DNA of 64,000 nt, taken from NCBI GenBank assembly GCA_963662465.1, contig OY759599.1, positions 2,048,001 to 2,112,000 on the forward strand. Reading direction: 5' to 3'. The notes under the pieces were generated by a model. The model worked only from the letters and a program-made list of their open reading frames with translations, was not told where the DNA came from and did not search any database. This DNA is from Desulfatiglandales bacterium (GTDB lineage: Bacteria; Desulfobacterota; DSM-4660; Desulfatiglandales; Desulfatiglandaceae). Positions 38,984 through 50,047 of the stretch are shown here, piece by piece (position 1 is the first letter of the stretch; every line of letters begins with the position of its first letter). A program made the translations under genes and the position numbers.

Positions 38984-40600
38984 TCAGAAGGAGTTCCGGG
39001 AATTCCCCAAAGGGGTTGCCCGCTTGTAATTCCGACCGAAAGGAATGTTGAGTTTTTTCATTCGATACTGCAGGGTTCTGGGATGAACCCCCAAAAGCCG
39101 TGCGGCCCCGCGATTTCCCTCCACCCTGCCGCCGGTCATGTTCAGCACCTTCTTGATATGCAACGTGATAACCCGGCCGAGGTCCAGCGAACCTTCAGCC
39201 ATTCGTTCAACGGATATTGAACCATTTTCCGGCATGGTAGCGAACAGTGACGAAAAATTAAGCGGTTTTCCGCGATGTATGATGAGTTCCCGTTCCACGG
39301 AATTTTTTAGTTCCCGAATATTCCCGGGCCATTGGTAAGCCATCAGTCTGTCGATAACCCCCGGCGCCAAGCCGGCAATAGATGACAATTTTATTTTCCT
39401 GCTGATGATTTTGATGAAGTGATCGACGAAACGGGGGATATCCTCCCTGCGATCCCTTAAAGGCGGAATCGGAATGGGAAAGACATTCAGGCGAAAGAAT
39501 AGATCTTTTCGAAATTGGCCTTTTTGCACCATTGATTCCAGCGGTCTGTGGGTAGCGGCAATGACCCGAATGTTCACCTTAATAACCTCGGATCCGCCGA
39601 CCCGTTCGATGATCCCCTCCTGGAGGACCCTCAGAAGCCTTTTCTGGGTTTCCGGGGAGAGTTCTCCGATTTCATCCAGGAACAGGGTCCCGCCGTGTGC
39701 CCGTTCAAAACGGCCGCGCACCCGTGAGAAAGCCCCGGTAAACGATCCCTTTTCATGGCCGAAAAGCTCGTTTTCCACCAGATTATCCGGGATGGCCGCG
39801 CAGTCCACCTTGATAAGGGGATTGTTTTTACGTAAAGAAAGCCGGTGTATGGTGTTGGCAATAACCTCCTTGCCCACGCCCGTTTCTCCCAAAAGGAGTA
39901 CCGGCGTTTCAGCCGGCGCCACCTGGTGGACCATTTCCATGACCCCTTTGAGGCCGAACCCGGCGCCGATCACCTCATCCCCCGTGATGCTGATGAAATC
40001 CTCCTGCAGCAAACGGTAATTTTCAGCCAGACGGTCGCTGAGTTCTTTCAGTTCCCTCTGTCTTAGAAAATTGGCACAGGCCATGGCCAACGGATTGTGG
40101 ATCAGAAGCATCAAACGGGCATGTTCTTCCGTGAATTTTTCGCCTCGGCTGTTGGTGGCGGCCACAATGCCCAGATATTCTCCTTCAAGAATCATATCCA
40201 GTAAAAGACCGGACTCGTCCGGCGTATTCAGATCCCGGGCCACGAGCCTGGCCATGTCATCATCCCTCAATCGATCAATGATCTGACATGCGGGCTTACC
40301 CCCGAGATCCTTGATAAAATCCCGTAACTGTTCCCGAATGGGGGCTGGTAATTGTGTTTTAATGGCGTGGGCTTTACCCCCTTCGAGAGTGGCTTCGGCC
40401 ACAGCCTCGATAAATCCGAGTCCGGGATCAAATAGAAGGAGGGTCATGGCGTCGGCGGGAATATCCTCTTGAACGGTCTGAAGACATCTCCAGACGGCCG
40501 TTTCAATGCGGGGGCTGCTGCAGATTTTGAACCTTTTATCATAACAGAAATTATCCGTTTCCAAGAAACCTCCTTGTTTTTGCGGAAAAGCACCCCTCAT
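38984..40600 (-). CDS. sigma54-dependent activator (GAF-like + AAA + HTH, FhlA-like)
   Basis: LLGETGVGKE, ELFGHEKGSFTGA, LFLDEIGE, WPGNIREL and GAARLLGVHPRTL. Confidence 0.92.
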   Translation of the reverse strand: MRGAFPQKQGGFLETDNFCYDKRFKICSSPRIETAVWRCLQTVQEDIPADAMTLLLFDPGLGFIEAVAEATLEGGKAHAIKTQLPAPIREQLRDFIKDLGGKPACQIIDRLRDDDMARLVARDLNTPDESGLLLDMILEGEYLGIVAATNSRGEKFTEEHARLMLLIHNPLAMACANFLRQRELKELSDRLAENYRLLQEDFISITGDEVIGAGFGLKGVMEMVHQVAPAETPVLLLGETGVGKEVIANTIHRLSLRKNNPLIKVDCAAIPDNLVENELFGHEKGSFTGAFSRVRGRFERAHGGTLFLDEIGELSPETQKRLLRVLQEGIIERVGGSEVIKVNIRVIAATHRPLESMVQKGQFRKDLFFRLNVFPIPIPPLRDRREDIPRFVDHFIKIISRKIKLSSIAGLAPGVIDRLMAYQWPGNIRELKNSVERELIIHRGKPLNFSSLFATMPENGSISVERMAEGSLDLGRVITLHIKKVLNMTGGRVEGNRGAARLLGVHPRTLQYRMKKLNIPFGRNYKRATPLGNSRNSF

Positions 40601-40741
40601 ATTTCGGAGCCTGCAAGCAAACCGAAAAATACGAGAGCAAATTCTGATAAATATGAGAGAAATATCCCTTTATTTCAAGTAAAAAACAAGGCGTTTTCAT
40701 AAGTATATGAAAATATGGCATAAAAAAAATAGAATAGCACC

Positions 40742-40757
40742 TGGTACAATTTTTGCT
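40742..40757 (+). promoter_or_regulatory. sigma54 -24/-12 promoter
   Basis: TGGTAC-AATTT-TTGCT with GG and GC 10 nt apart; divergent from the sigma54 activator. Confidence 0.75.
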
Positions 40758-40802
40758 TAAAAATGTGGCGAACATTCAGAAAGCCAACAAAAGGAGAGCA
40801 CA

Positions 40803-41093
40803 ATGAGCTGGATAGAAACCATCCGAATTCGTCTCGGCAGGGGGAATCAGGGAGAGGAGGGAATGAGACTTCTGGAAATGATGGAATCGGATGAAAAGCC
40901 ATTGAACATGCGTCAATGGGAAATCTACATGAATCCGGCTGTAAAAGAGGAACTCATGATGGTGTTGCATTGGGGGGAAAACCTGAGTACGCTCCAGGGA
41001 AGCGGTTTCGCTCTGGCGCTGATTCAGGAACTGAAAAAACAGGGTCTGGTGGAACACACCGTGTGGGAGGATGCTCGTTTGGGAATCAGATGA
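40803..41093 (+). CDS. Small hypothetical protein
   Basis: AAGGAG RBS; 96 aa; first gene after the sigma54 promoter. Confidence 0.75.
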   Translation: MSWIETIRIRLGRGNQGEEGMRLLEMMESDEKPLNMRQWEIYMNPAVKEELMMVLHWGENLSTLQGSGFALALIQELKKQGLVEHTVWEDARLGIR

Positions 41094-41131
41094 AATGAAG
41101 TTTATTCGGAAAAGATAAGGAGGAAATTATT

Positions 41132-41668
41132 TTGAAATCAAAATTTAAAATCAGGATGACACTCATCTTAATAAGTTTTATGGCCATAGCGTTTTTTCCC
41201 GGATGTTCCGACAACGGCTCTGACAGCGGGGGTAATGTTGTGGATCCTAGTGCCACGGTCCAGGGACAAGCTTATTTCAACGGACCCATTGAAGGGGCAA
41301 CTGTGAGGATTCTGGACTCAACCGGAGAGATGCTGGCCAGCGAAGACGGGGCCACCGATGAAGAAGGTAATTTTTCAATATTGGTGTTTGATCTTCCCCA
41401 ATCATTCTTTATTGAGGTGGAAGGGGGAGGCGTCAACGAGATCGAATACGGCCAGGTGGAAGACCCCCTTGGCCCGCGCCCGCCCATCGTCTCTGTAACA
41501 CAGATGCCTTTTAAGGATATGGCAGACCGGTATGTGGAAGACTTCGATGCCAACATTCGATATTCGGTTAACATTCTGAGTTCCATCGTTATGGACCTTC
41601 GGTTCGCTAAGATTAACCCGGATGATGCCGAAAAATACCTGAGTGAATACATTGGATTGCCGTCCTAA
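41132..41668 (+). CDS. Lipoprotein N-terminal part; probably continuous with 41669-44173 through one in-frame TAA
   Basis: AGGAGG RBS; FFPGCSDNGSDSGG lipobox; GPIEGATVRILD...TDEEGNFSI beta-sandwich motif. Confidence 0.7.
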   Translation: MKSKFKIRMTLILISFMAIAFFPGCSDNGSDSGGNVVDPSATVQGQAYFNGPIEGATVRILDSTGEMLASEDGATDEEGNFSILVFDLPQSFFIEVEGGGVNEIEYGQVEDPLGPRPPIVSVTQMPFKDMADRYVEDFDANIRYSVNILSSIVMDLRFAKINPDDAEKYLSEYIGLPS

Positions 41669-44173
41669 GTGTCAGTGGAAGATGCGATTCAGTGGAGCAA
41701 CTGGTACGGCGGTTATTTCAACGCTGAATACTTTCTGGAAGATATGACCACGGAGTGGGGGTACACCGACTATAATGCCTTCATGGAATTCGTCGTTCAA
41801 GAGATTCATGCCTTTGCCTCAGAACTGGAGACGCTCGATTCAGCATCGCCGACACAGGAAATAAGGCTAACAAGCACAACCGGGAATACGAGTACAATCC
41901 GTACAATTGACCAGACAATCTTGAATTCCCAGATTTCCAAAAATAAGGCATATGCAGGAACAACAAAAAAGAGCACCATAACACCACAGAGGGTTTTTGA
42001 CGGAGTAGATCTTGTTTTCAATGTCATCGTCTTTGCGCTGAACGCGATCGCCCAAAACACCGCGGATACTGAAGCGGGCCGAACTCTGGGAACGATCCTG
42101 AGTTTTATCCTGACCAGCGCCGGCGGGGACCCGGGGCAGGAAGCCATCATGAAAAACTTTGCCGCCCTTCATAAGAGCGTAGAGCAGGTCCAGGCGCACC
42201 TGAACACAATGCATAGCGAACTCAATATCCAGATGACGCAACTACAAGCCATGCTCCGAGAAGGACATGCCGATACCGCAATAAACAACATAAATACCTG
42301 GTATGGCAGTCCCGGCGAGGAAGATACTCATTATGAAGGTGCATCGGGTCTTCTGAGATACATGCGTTTAAATCATAACACGTTGACCCCCGAGCAGAGA
42401 ACAAGTATCACGAACTGGTGCAACAGTGTGATCCATAACGAAACAGGGGCGCCAAACGATTTGACAGCCCTTCACAACACCATTGTTGGTAATGCGACGG
42501 CAGGCAAATCACTGTTTTCATTTTGGAAAGAACTCGCTAAAGCACAGACCAATCCCACAAACAGGGCGGATTTCGAAAATCTCCTGTATCTGACTGTTCG
42601 AAAGAGCTTCACCTGGCTGGTCTTCTGGCAGACGGCGGGCACGACCTGTCTGGTCGAAGCATACAAGGCGCGGGGGGAACCGGAAAATCAAAGGAGCGCA
42701 ATCGTTCGGCTTCGGGATAGACTCAAAGAACAGGTGAAACTCTACGAGAGTATGATAGAAGAACTGGCCTTGCAGGGGACATGGAGACTCTACAGCCGTG
42801 GGGGAGTGTCCGAGAGTACATCCAACCAGGCCTGCCCTAACTTTCCCATGGGCCTTGTTGGAGGAGATGGCTTTCTCTCTGATGTGGACACCTTTGTGCA
42901 GAAATATGTGTACGCTGATGAGCAGGAATACACGGACAACGGGACAACAAAGAAGAGACTTGTCGCCCGTGATATGTTGACCGTGCGAATTGTGGCCCCG
43001 TATAATTCGGGCGGGGAAACCGTGGGTCTTGTGGGGTTTGGTAGCTCCCGGTACTGGAAGCTGTACGATGATCCTATTATGCGCGACAAACCCACTGTTC
43101 CGACCGATCCCCCAGGAACATCCACGGAGACACTACAGTTTGCCTATAATTGCATCAAGATCCTTCCCTATCTGGATAATAGTAATGTGAATAAGACGCC
43201 TTCCCGGGAGATTGACGGCCGAAACCCCTTTGAGACTCGCAATACGGCATTAAAAGATCAGCTGAGCTGGAAATACACCCTGCACAAGATGCGCCGGGTT
43301 TTCGACCTCGACCATGGCGCGCCGCCTGATCTGAGTAAGGAATTTAATGTGAGCCTTGAAACCGGGTTGAGCAGATCAGACGGCCACGATGATCAGTGGC
43401 ATCCTAACTTGACCCGAGGTCAGTGGCCGACGGCCGACGGCGCCTGGAATTCGACGCTTCCCAATCTGAAGGTAAGAAAAGGCAAGACCAAAGTGTGCGA
43501 AAGTTACGGGTTCTACGGACTTAAAGGGCCGCAGTATGTGCGGCTCATGGCCTATCATGAAAATAGGCCTCTTAGTGACTGGTGGTTTTCGGGTTGGAAG
43601 TCCCAAGACAGCCAATGGCTTTTTGCCAACCGAGCGGATGCTTATACATTCTACCAACTCTGGCCTCTTGGCAACGCTTGGTATGCTCTCAGAGATTCGG
43701 TGGGCACCAATTGGAGCAATAAAGATAATGGTATTCCGATCGCATACCTGGGACGCGATAACTACTCCCTCCCGGTACAAAAATGGATTGGCGTGAACCC
43801 CGATAGAAATTGGCATGGGAGTACGAACCTGATATTTGCTGACCAGGCATACATTGGGCCGCGATGCACCTTTAAGGTCAAGTTTGAGAAAAAATTTGAA
43901 CCGGAGGTCGCTCCGACACCTATCCCTGGAATGAAATCATACACCATGAAGACGTGGGCTGACGGCGACAAAGGCTCATACCTCAAGTGGCATTACGAGA
44001 CGGCCCAATGGGACCGTTATCACGCGGATGGATCCGATGATGACGCTACTAAAAAAGACTGCTGGGTCCGTCATCATGCCCGAGTATTTCAAAATGGTCG
44101 ATTACCTTCTCAGCTTCCAAAGGTAATGTTTCGCACCGTGCTGATGTTAAAAAATAGGTGTACGGAATTCTGA
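41669..44173 (+). CDS. Large protein with hydrophobic helical/coiled-coil domain and Trp-rich beta C-terminus; possibly toxin-like
   Basis: 834-codon open frame starting immediately after the TAA in the same frame, with no RBS of its own. Confidence 0.65.
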   Translation: MSVEDAIQWSNWYGGYFNAEYFLEDMTTEWGYTDYNAFMEFVVQEIHAFASELETLDSASPTQEIRLTSTTGNTSTIRTIDQTILNSQISKNKAYAGTTKKSTITPQRVFDGVDLVFNVIVFALNAIAQNTADTEAGRTLGTILSFILTSAGGDPGQEAIMKNFAALHKSVEQVQAHLNTMHSELNIQMTQLQAMLREGHADTAINNINTWYGSPGEEDTHYEGASGLLRYMRLNHNTLTPEQRTSITNWCNSVIHNETGAPNDLTALHNTIVGNATAGKSLFSFWKELAKAQTNPTNRADFENLLYLTVRKSFTWLVFWQTAGTTCLVEAYKARGEPENQRSAIVRLRDRLKEQVKLYESMIEELALQGTWRLYSRGGVSESTSNQACPNFPMGLVGGDGFLSDVDTFVQKYVYADEQEYTDNGTTKKRLVARDMLTVRIVAPYNSGGETVGLVGFGSSRYWKLYDDPIMRDKPTVPTDPPGTSTETLQFAYNCIKILPYLDNSNVNKTPSREIDGRNPFETRNTALKDQLSWKYTLHKMRRVFDLDHGAPPDLSKEFNVSLETGLSRSDGHDDQWHPNLTRGQWPTADGAWNSTLPNLKVRKGKTKVCESYGFYGLKGPQYVRLMAYHENRPLSDWWFSGWKSQDSQWLFANRADAYTFYQLWPLGNAWYALRDSVGTNWSNKDNGIPIAYLGRDNYSLPVQKWIGVNPDRNWHGSTNLIFADQAYIGPRCTFKVKFEKKFEPEVAPTPIPGMKSYTMKTWADGDKGSYLKWHYETAQWDRYHADGSDDDATKKDCWVRHHARVFQNGRLPSQLPKVMFRTVLMLKNRCTEF

Positions 44174-44204
44174 AAACAAACAACTCAGTTTCGCCGGTAG
44201 TTCT

Positions 44205-44251
44205 AATCGTCAGTAACAACCCAGCATATAGCTGGGAAGTTGCCGATGGTT
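44205..44251. terminator. Hairpin between convergent genes
   Basis: AATCGTCAGTAAC-AA-CCCAGC-ATATA-GCTGGG-AA-GTTGCCGATGGTT imperfect stem. Confidence 0.4.
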
Positions 44252-44307
44252 ACGGTGTGAAGTTCAAGAGATAGACAAGAAACGGGGTTAGGCCTTGATC
44301 AGGGCCA

Positions 44308-47169
44308 TCAAATGGACATATCGATTTGGCTGCATTCCGAAATCTTTTTCAAAAGTTCCCCCTTTTTTATGGGCTTGGGCAAATAGTCGGTGCAACCCGC
44401 ATCCAGGCATTTCTGCCTGTCCTCAATAAGCGCATGGGCCGTCAGGGCTATAATCGGGATGGCGGGTTTCTTATTCTTCCCCTCCCATTTCCGGATCTCC
44501 CCGGTGGCCGTGTAACCATCCATCACCGGCATTCGCATATCCATCAAAACAAGGTCGTATTCGCCTTCCACGAATTTGTCAACGCCGATCCTGCCGTTTT
44601 CAGCGACCTCAATGGTGTGGGGGGTCTTTTTCAAAAAGGCCTTAACCACGATTCGGTTTTCTTTGGCATCTTCCACCAATAGGATCTTCAATGGGCGAAT
44701 TTCGGGATCATCTTCTTCCTTTTGATCCTGCGTGATTTTTTCCGCATGAGGGACGGTCTTTCCCAGGGCCGTTTGAATGGCCTCTTTCAGCTCCCGGCGC
44801 TTGACCGGCTTGACCAGATAAACGGCAATACCGATCTCCCTGGCCCTCTTAATGTCCCTGGTACTCTCTTCCGATGTGAGCAACATCAGGGTCTGCGCCA
44901 AATGTTCAAAGCAATCCTTTATCTTCATAGCGGTTTCGAACCCATCCATTCCGGGCATTTTGCTATCGAGCAGGACCAACTGGAATGGTTGTCCGGTAGT
45001 TTCGGCATCGGCGATGGTCTCAAGACACGCTTCACCATTTTCGGCTTCCCGAACCTGCACCCCCCAGGAAGAAAGCGTCTCATTCAGGATAAGACGATTG
45101 GTGGCATTGTCATCCACCACCAGGGCCCGAAGCCCTTTCACGTCCAAAGGCGTCGGGATAGCCTCCAGCTCAGGTTTTGGGGCGATACGGAAGCAGACCG
45201 TAAAGGAGAAGGTGCTTCCTTTCCCCGGTTTACTTTCAATCCGGATATTCCCCCCCATCATTTCCACAAGACGCCGACAGATGGTCAAACCGAGGCCGGT
45301 TCCCCCATATTCCCGGGTGGTGGAGACGTCCGCCTGGGTAAAGGTCTCGAAAACCGCGGCCTGTTTCTCTTTTGGGATGCCGATTCCCGTATCCCGCACT
45401 GAAAACTGAAGCATCGTTTCTTTCACTCCAGCTTCCGAATTTTGGATTTGATCTGTCCGGCACGCGATTCCGCATTCAAGAATAATTTCGCCCTCATGGG
45501 TGAATTTTACCGCATTTCCCAACAGATTGACCAATATCTGTCTCACCCTGACAGGGTCTCCCAGCAGATGAACAGGGGTCCCCGGCAATATACGACAGAG
45601 CAGTTCCAGATTCTTCTCGTGGGCCTTCCGCGCCATCATTTCGGAGACCTTCTCAACCAACTCCACAAGATTAAAAGTGGTTTTCTCCAATTCAAGATGC
45701 CCCGCTTCAACCTTGGATAAATCCAGGATATCATTGATCAGATCCAGCAAACCTTCGCCTGAATTTTTAAGGATATGAACATATTTCCGCTGTTCGGGAT
45801 CCAATGCCGATTCCTGGAGGAGATCCGACATGCCCAGAATGGCGTTCATGGGGGTGCGGATTTCATAGCTCATGATGGCCAGGAATTCATTTTTGGCCCG
45901 GCTGGCAGCTTCGGCAATTTCCCGTTCCCGGCGGAGGGTATGGATACGATCCCCCAGAGCCAGTGAGAGCAGCAGCGCCTCCAGGGAAAGGCTGCATTCA
46001 AAAATGGTAAAAGCACAATCAAAGTAGGGAAGCACACCCTCAAATATGAGAGCATAATAAATGGCGAACAAACAGGAAGTCATTTCCGCCGGCAAAAAGA
46101 ACCTGGCCGGTTTGAATCCTCGTCTCCAGCATATGAATCCAAGCCAGATGGCGATGAAAGACGACAAAAACAGCAATAGTGAAATGATGTCGTTTAGGAC
46201 GTGTACCTCTAAAAAAGGATTTAAGAACATGGATATGAGGCAAAGCACCAGAAACAGCTGCAACACCTTGTCGCCGGTGGGGAAATTTTCTTTTGTCGCC
46301 AGAAAAGAGCGGGTAAACAGCACGAAAAATATCAATGCCGCACCCACAAAAAAGAGGAGCAGATGTCCATGGTACACGATTTGGTCAATATCAAGGCATC
46401 CAAAAAACGTGCTGTCATGGTAGCCGTACAAATAAAGCCCGGAAAATGAAAGATAGAAGACATACCACAGATAACTCCGGGCCCGGAGTGAAAAGAAAAG
46501 GAACAGATTAAACACCGCCATGGCAATTAAGATGCCGTAATTGACACTACGCCAGCCCTTTATCCGCAGGGACCGACTGAGGTAGGCGTTGTTCCTGTAG
46601 AGCATCAAAGGCAATATGATGCCCCCCTCCCCTTCTACGCGCAAATAGACGGTTACGGGCCCTTCGGATTTCAACGGCAAAGTAAAAAATGGGAGTTTTT
46701 GACCGGAGGAGCCTGCAACCGAATCGACAGGGGCGCCGCCCGCCTCGGTAACCCATCCACCCGAATCGCTCCCCGGTGCGCCGGCGGATGTGCGGACAAA
46801 AAACCTTGTAAAAAGGGTCAACGGCCAATTGACGTCAAGGAGCCATTCGCCAGGAGACAAATTGTCACCCGGTACGGTTTCGGCTTGAATCGTAAACCGG
46901 ATCCAAAAGGCGGAATCGCTTAACCCAAGGTTCAGGGTCTTTGAACCAACCGCTTTGAATGCTTCCGCCAAGGGGGGGATCGCGACGTCATCAATGCGCC
47001 ACTTGCGATCCTTATCCTCCAGAATTTCCGCGTAGGGAGAGACGTCATAGCGGTTCCGGTCAGACCTGAGCTAAAGCGCGGGAACAGTCCCGGCCCCGCA
47101 TACCGGCGCCACGAGCAGGCACAGGATCACCACCAGGAGGAGTTGTGGATATGCTGATATTTTTTTCAA
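44308..47169 (-). pseudogene. 7TM-DISM hybrid histidine kinase (HisKA-HATPase-REC-REC) with an in-frame TAG after the signal peptide and a His-to-Tyr change in the H-box
   Basis: TTG 47169 LKKISAYPQLLLVVILCLLVAPVCGAGTVPAL*(47071-47073)[19 protein letters not shown] continues in frame into ORF 44308-46971. The H-box reads MSYEIRTPM. Confidence 0.8.
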
Positions 47170-47281
47170 AAGAATGCCTTAAAATAACAGGGTGGTCAAA
47201 AATTTAAGGGTTACACGTTTCACTTTTTTTCTCCTTGAACTGTTTAGGGCGAGCGTACTGCAGATCCAATGTCTCTTTTTA

Positions 47282-48406
47282 TTACCCACCGCTTCGGTCT
47301 TTCGGCAATAGCCGGTTTAAAGTATAACTGGTACTCCTTCCTCCGGCATTTGCTTTTGTTAATATTTTCCGTTCAACCAGATTGTTGATATCGCGTAACG
47401 CTGTATCCTGTGAACATTTTGCAATTTTGGCCCATTTTGATGAAGTCAGCTTGCCTTCAAATCCATTAAGCAGTCGATTTAGGATGCCATACTGTCTCTC
47501 ATTGAAGGATTGTCCGGTATGACTTTCCCAGAAACGTGCTTTGGCTAAGATGGCTTGCAGTGTCTCTTCCGATTTTTCAATAGCGCGTTTCAGACAGCCC
47601 AAAAACCATTCCACCCACAAAGTGACATCAAGTGTCCCTTTTTGACACTTTTCCAGGATATGATAATAAGCGCCTCGTTCACGCTGAATCTGGGAAGACA
47701 TACTGTAAAATCGTTGTGTGCTTTTTTCGGATTTTGCCAGCAACATATCCGAAATGGCACGGGCAATGCGGCCGTTGCCATCATCAAAGGGATGAATGGT
47801 AACAAACCAGAAATGTGCCAAGGATGATTTCAGCACCGGATCTATCCCGGAACTGCCATTAAACCAATGAATAAAACGGTCCATTTCCGCATCTAATCTG
47901 TTATAAACGGGTGCTTCAAAGTGTATTTTTTCGCGACCCAGAGGACCGGAAACAACTTGCATGACATCGCTTGAAACACCGCGCCAACCCCCAACCGTGA
48001 TACGGTGCATTCCACTGCGTCCGGTTGGAAAAAGGGCTGCGTGCCAATCAAAGAGCCGTTGGGCCGTCAAGGGTGTATCGTAATTGCGAGTTACATCCAT
48101 CATCACTTCCACAATGCCTTCCACATTGCGGGCAACAGCGGGAAAATGCGCGATATCAATGCCAAGCCTGCGAGCGATCGAAGATCTCACCTGTTTGGCA
48201 TCCAGTACCAGCCCCTCAATTTCGCAGGTCTTGACAACGTCTTCCGTCAGAGATAGAAGTGTGGCATCTTCACACCAGTTAAAACCCAATGCTTCCATGC
48301 GCCCAAGCAGCCGGCCCTGCAAATGGCGTGTGTCAGCAAGCAAAGCAGACACTTCTGCTTCGTTCCAGGTAAAATTAGGCCATTCTTTTCGTTCATGAAT
48401 ATACAT
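47282..48406 (-). CDS. Fic family protein (DUF4172-like N-terminus, C-terminal HTH)
   Basis: HPFDDGNGRIAR motif; YIHE..EWPNFTW N-terminus; KWAKIAKCSQDTALRDI. Confidence 0.92.
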   Translation of the reverse strand: MYIHERKEWPNFTWNEAEVSALLADTRHLQGRLLGRMEALGFNWCEDATLLSLTEDVVKTCEIEGLVLDAKQVRSSIARRLGIDIAHFPAVARNVEGIVEVMMDVTRNYDTPLTAQRLFDWHAALFPTGRSGMHRITVGGWRGVSSDVMQVVSGPLGREKIHFEAPVYNRLDAEMDRFIHWFNGSSGIDPVLKSSLAHFWFVTIHPFDDGNGRIARAISDMLLAKSEKSTQRFYSMSSQIQRERGAYYHILEKCQKGTLDVTLWVEWFLGCLKRAIEKSEETLQAILAKARFWESHTGQSFNERQYGILNRLLNGFEGKLTSSKWAKIAKCSQDTALRDINNLVERKILTKANAGGRSTSYTLNRLLPKDRSGG

Positions 48407-48430
48407 GTAATCTCCTCAAATAATGCGAAG

Positions 48431-48459
48431 ATTATAGCCTCTATTCACCGCAAACGCAA
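48431..48459 (-). promoter_or_regulatory. sigma70 promoter of the fic gene
   Basis: Minus strand TTGCGT-17nt-TATAAT. Confidence 0.6.
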
Positions 48460-48570
48460 GACACGTACAGTTGTTTGCACCATTGTGTCATCCTCCACAT
48501 CAGTTTCGTTCCACTTGGATTGGCCCTTATAAGGCTCAAACGCATAATCCGTATCCAGGTTCCCCCAAAG

Positions 48571-49674
48571 TCAGATGTTTATAATTTTCTCAAACAAATC
48601 ATAAAAGGAATAGTCTTTGTTCCCTTTCCAATGTTCCATGGCAATCGTCTTCCGGGCCGTGAAACGCCCCCTTAACCCCTTAATGCCGTCTGTATAAAAA
48701 TGCGTCGGAAATCTCTCTACTTCGGGCAACGCTTTTCGGTTCTCGGTTTCCATTACAACCAGGCTTGCATGCAGCTTTTCCAAGGGGTTTTTGATGGATG
48801 CCATCTCATCCTTCAGCCGTTTCATTAACTTTTCAGGATCATTGGCGACAATGGGGCGTTTGTCAAAATAATCCGCATGTTTGGGCAAATTTCCATCGTA
48901 ACGGTCAAAGATTTTGTTCAATACCGTGATATCCGAAACTTTTGCGACGGTTCTTTTTAGATAGCGATCAAAAAACAAAATGGCTTTCTCCGCCCGTTCA
49001 AATGAGTTCACATCCAGATACATCTCTTCCTCATGCATTGAATAAAAAGATCCCAGTATGATGGGCCTTCTTTCTTTAGGAATGTCATGATATGAGGCTT
49101 TAAATTTTATTTTCCTGGCTTCTGCCTCGTACAACCAAACCCAACGATCCTTAATGCGATCATAGGCCATACAGTTTAAAGATGAAAAGACATCTTGTAT
49201 TTTCAATCCGTCAAATAAGTCATAATGTATCCTGGCCAGCATGTATGGTTCCTGGGTCATGGTTGTAACGAGGGTTTTATTCCCCGCCTTTTCATTTTCA
49301 GGTATTGCCGATTCCACCTCGCTTGCAAAAAGAGACATTTTTTCATAATCCAGATCGTCTTTTTCACATGCTTTAATGATGGGAATAGGAATCTTTCGCA
49401 CTGTTTCAGCATCCCATTCAATACTCAGGAGTGGATCCTCGGAATTTTCATTTTCGATCTCATAAATTTTCCCCGTCCACCCTTCTATATCAATGCCATA
49501 ATCCGGATCATTGACGCCCTTCTTTACTTTCACGAAATGGCCCAGCGGATACTGGAATTCGCTTTGAGTTTCCTCTTTCAGCAATCTTTTGCACACATTC
49601 CGGCTATTGTTCTTTTTTTTGAGCTTCTTATTTTTCTTGTTTTTTCTTTTCTGGGTCATCGTAAGTACCATCAA
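48571..49674 (-). CDS. Hypothetical protein ('gene X')
   Basis: 367-aa AT-rich ORF with a basic N-terminus and an SH3-like VKVKKGVNDPDYGIDIEGWTGKI segment; function not recognised. Confidence 0.7.
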   Translation of the reverse strand: MMVLTMTQKRKNKKNKKLKKKNNSRNVCKRLLKEETQSEFQYPLGHFVKVKKGVNDPDYGIDIEGWTGKIYEIENENSEDPLLSIEWDAETVRKIPIPIIKACEKDDLDYEKMSLFASEVESAIPENEKAGNKTLVTTMTQEPYMLARIHYDLFDGLKIQDVFSSLNCMAYDRIKDRWVWLYEAEARKIKFKASYHDIPKERRPIILGSFYSMHEEEMYLDVNSFERAEKAILFFDRYLKRTVAKVSDITVLNKIFDRYDGNLPKHADYFDKRPIVANDPEKLMKRLKDEMASIKNPLEKLHASLVVMETENRKALPEVERFPTHFYTDGIKGLRGRFTARKTIAMEHWKGNKDYSFYDLFEKIINI

Positions 49675-49720
49675 TTCAAATGAAACTGTAAGAATCTAAA
49701 AAACCCTTATCCCGCTTCAA

Positions 49721-49838
49721 TGTATTCCGAAATTTTCCACCGGCATCCACATGTCCATCCATACGAGGTCATATTCTCCCGATACGAATTTGTCAACGCC
49801 GATCCTGATAGATCGAGATGCCGATCTCCCTGGCCCTC
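49721..49838 (-). pseudogene. Remnant of a hybrid kinase paralogue (REC-domain fragments)
   Basis: 49738-49807 aligns with 44525-44593, and ccgatctccctggccctc matches about 44831-44848. A further 29-bp identical patch, 51612-51640, equals 46497-46525. Confidence 0.7.
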
Positions 49839-50047
49839 AAATATAGTCCACCCACGCAAGATGTGACCCCAGATTTACGCTAATGCTTATTGACAATATA
49901 TTGTTCATTATGGTAATAAGTATTCTGATATTGATAATATATGATCTTTTAGTACCTTATCCTCAGAAACTCTATTACAAAAAACAAGAAAATCATTGAC
50001 AGGAAGACTTAAAACCTAAAACTGCGGCTTGCCGCCTTAGAGGGGAT

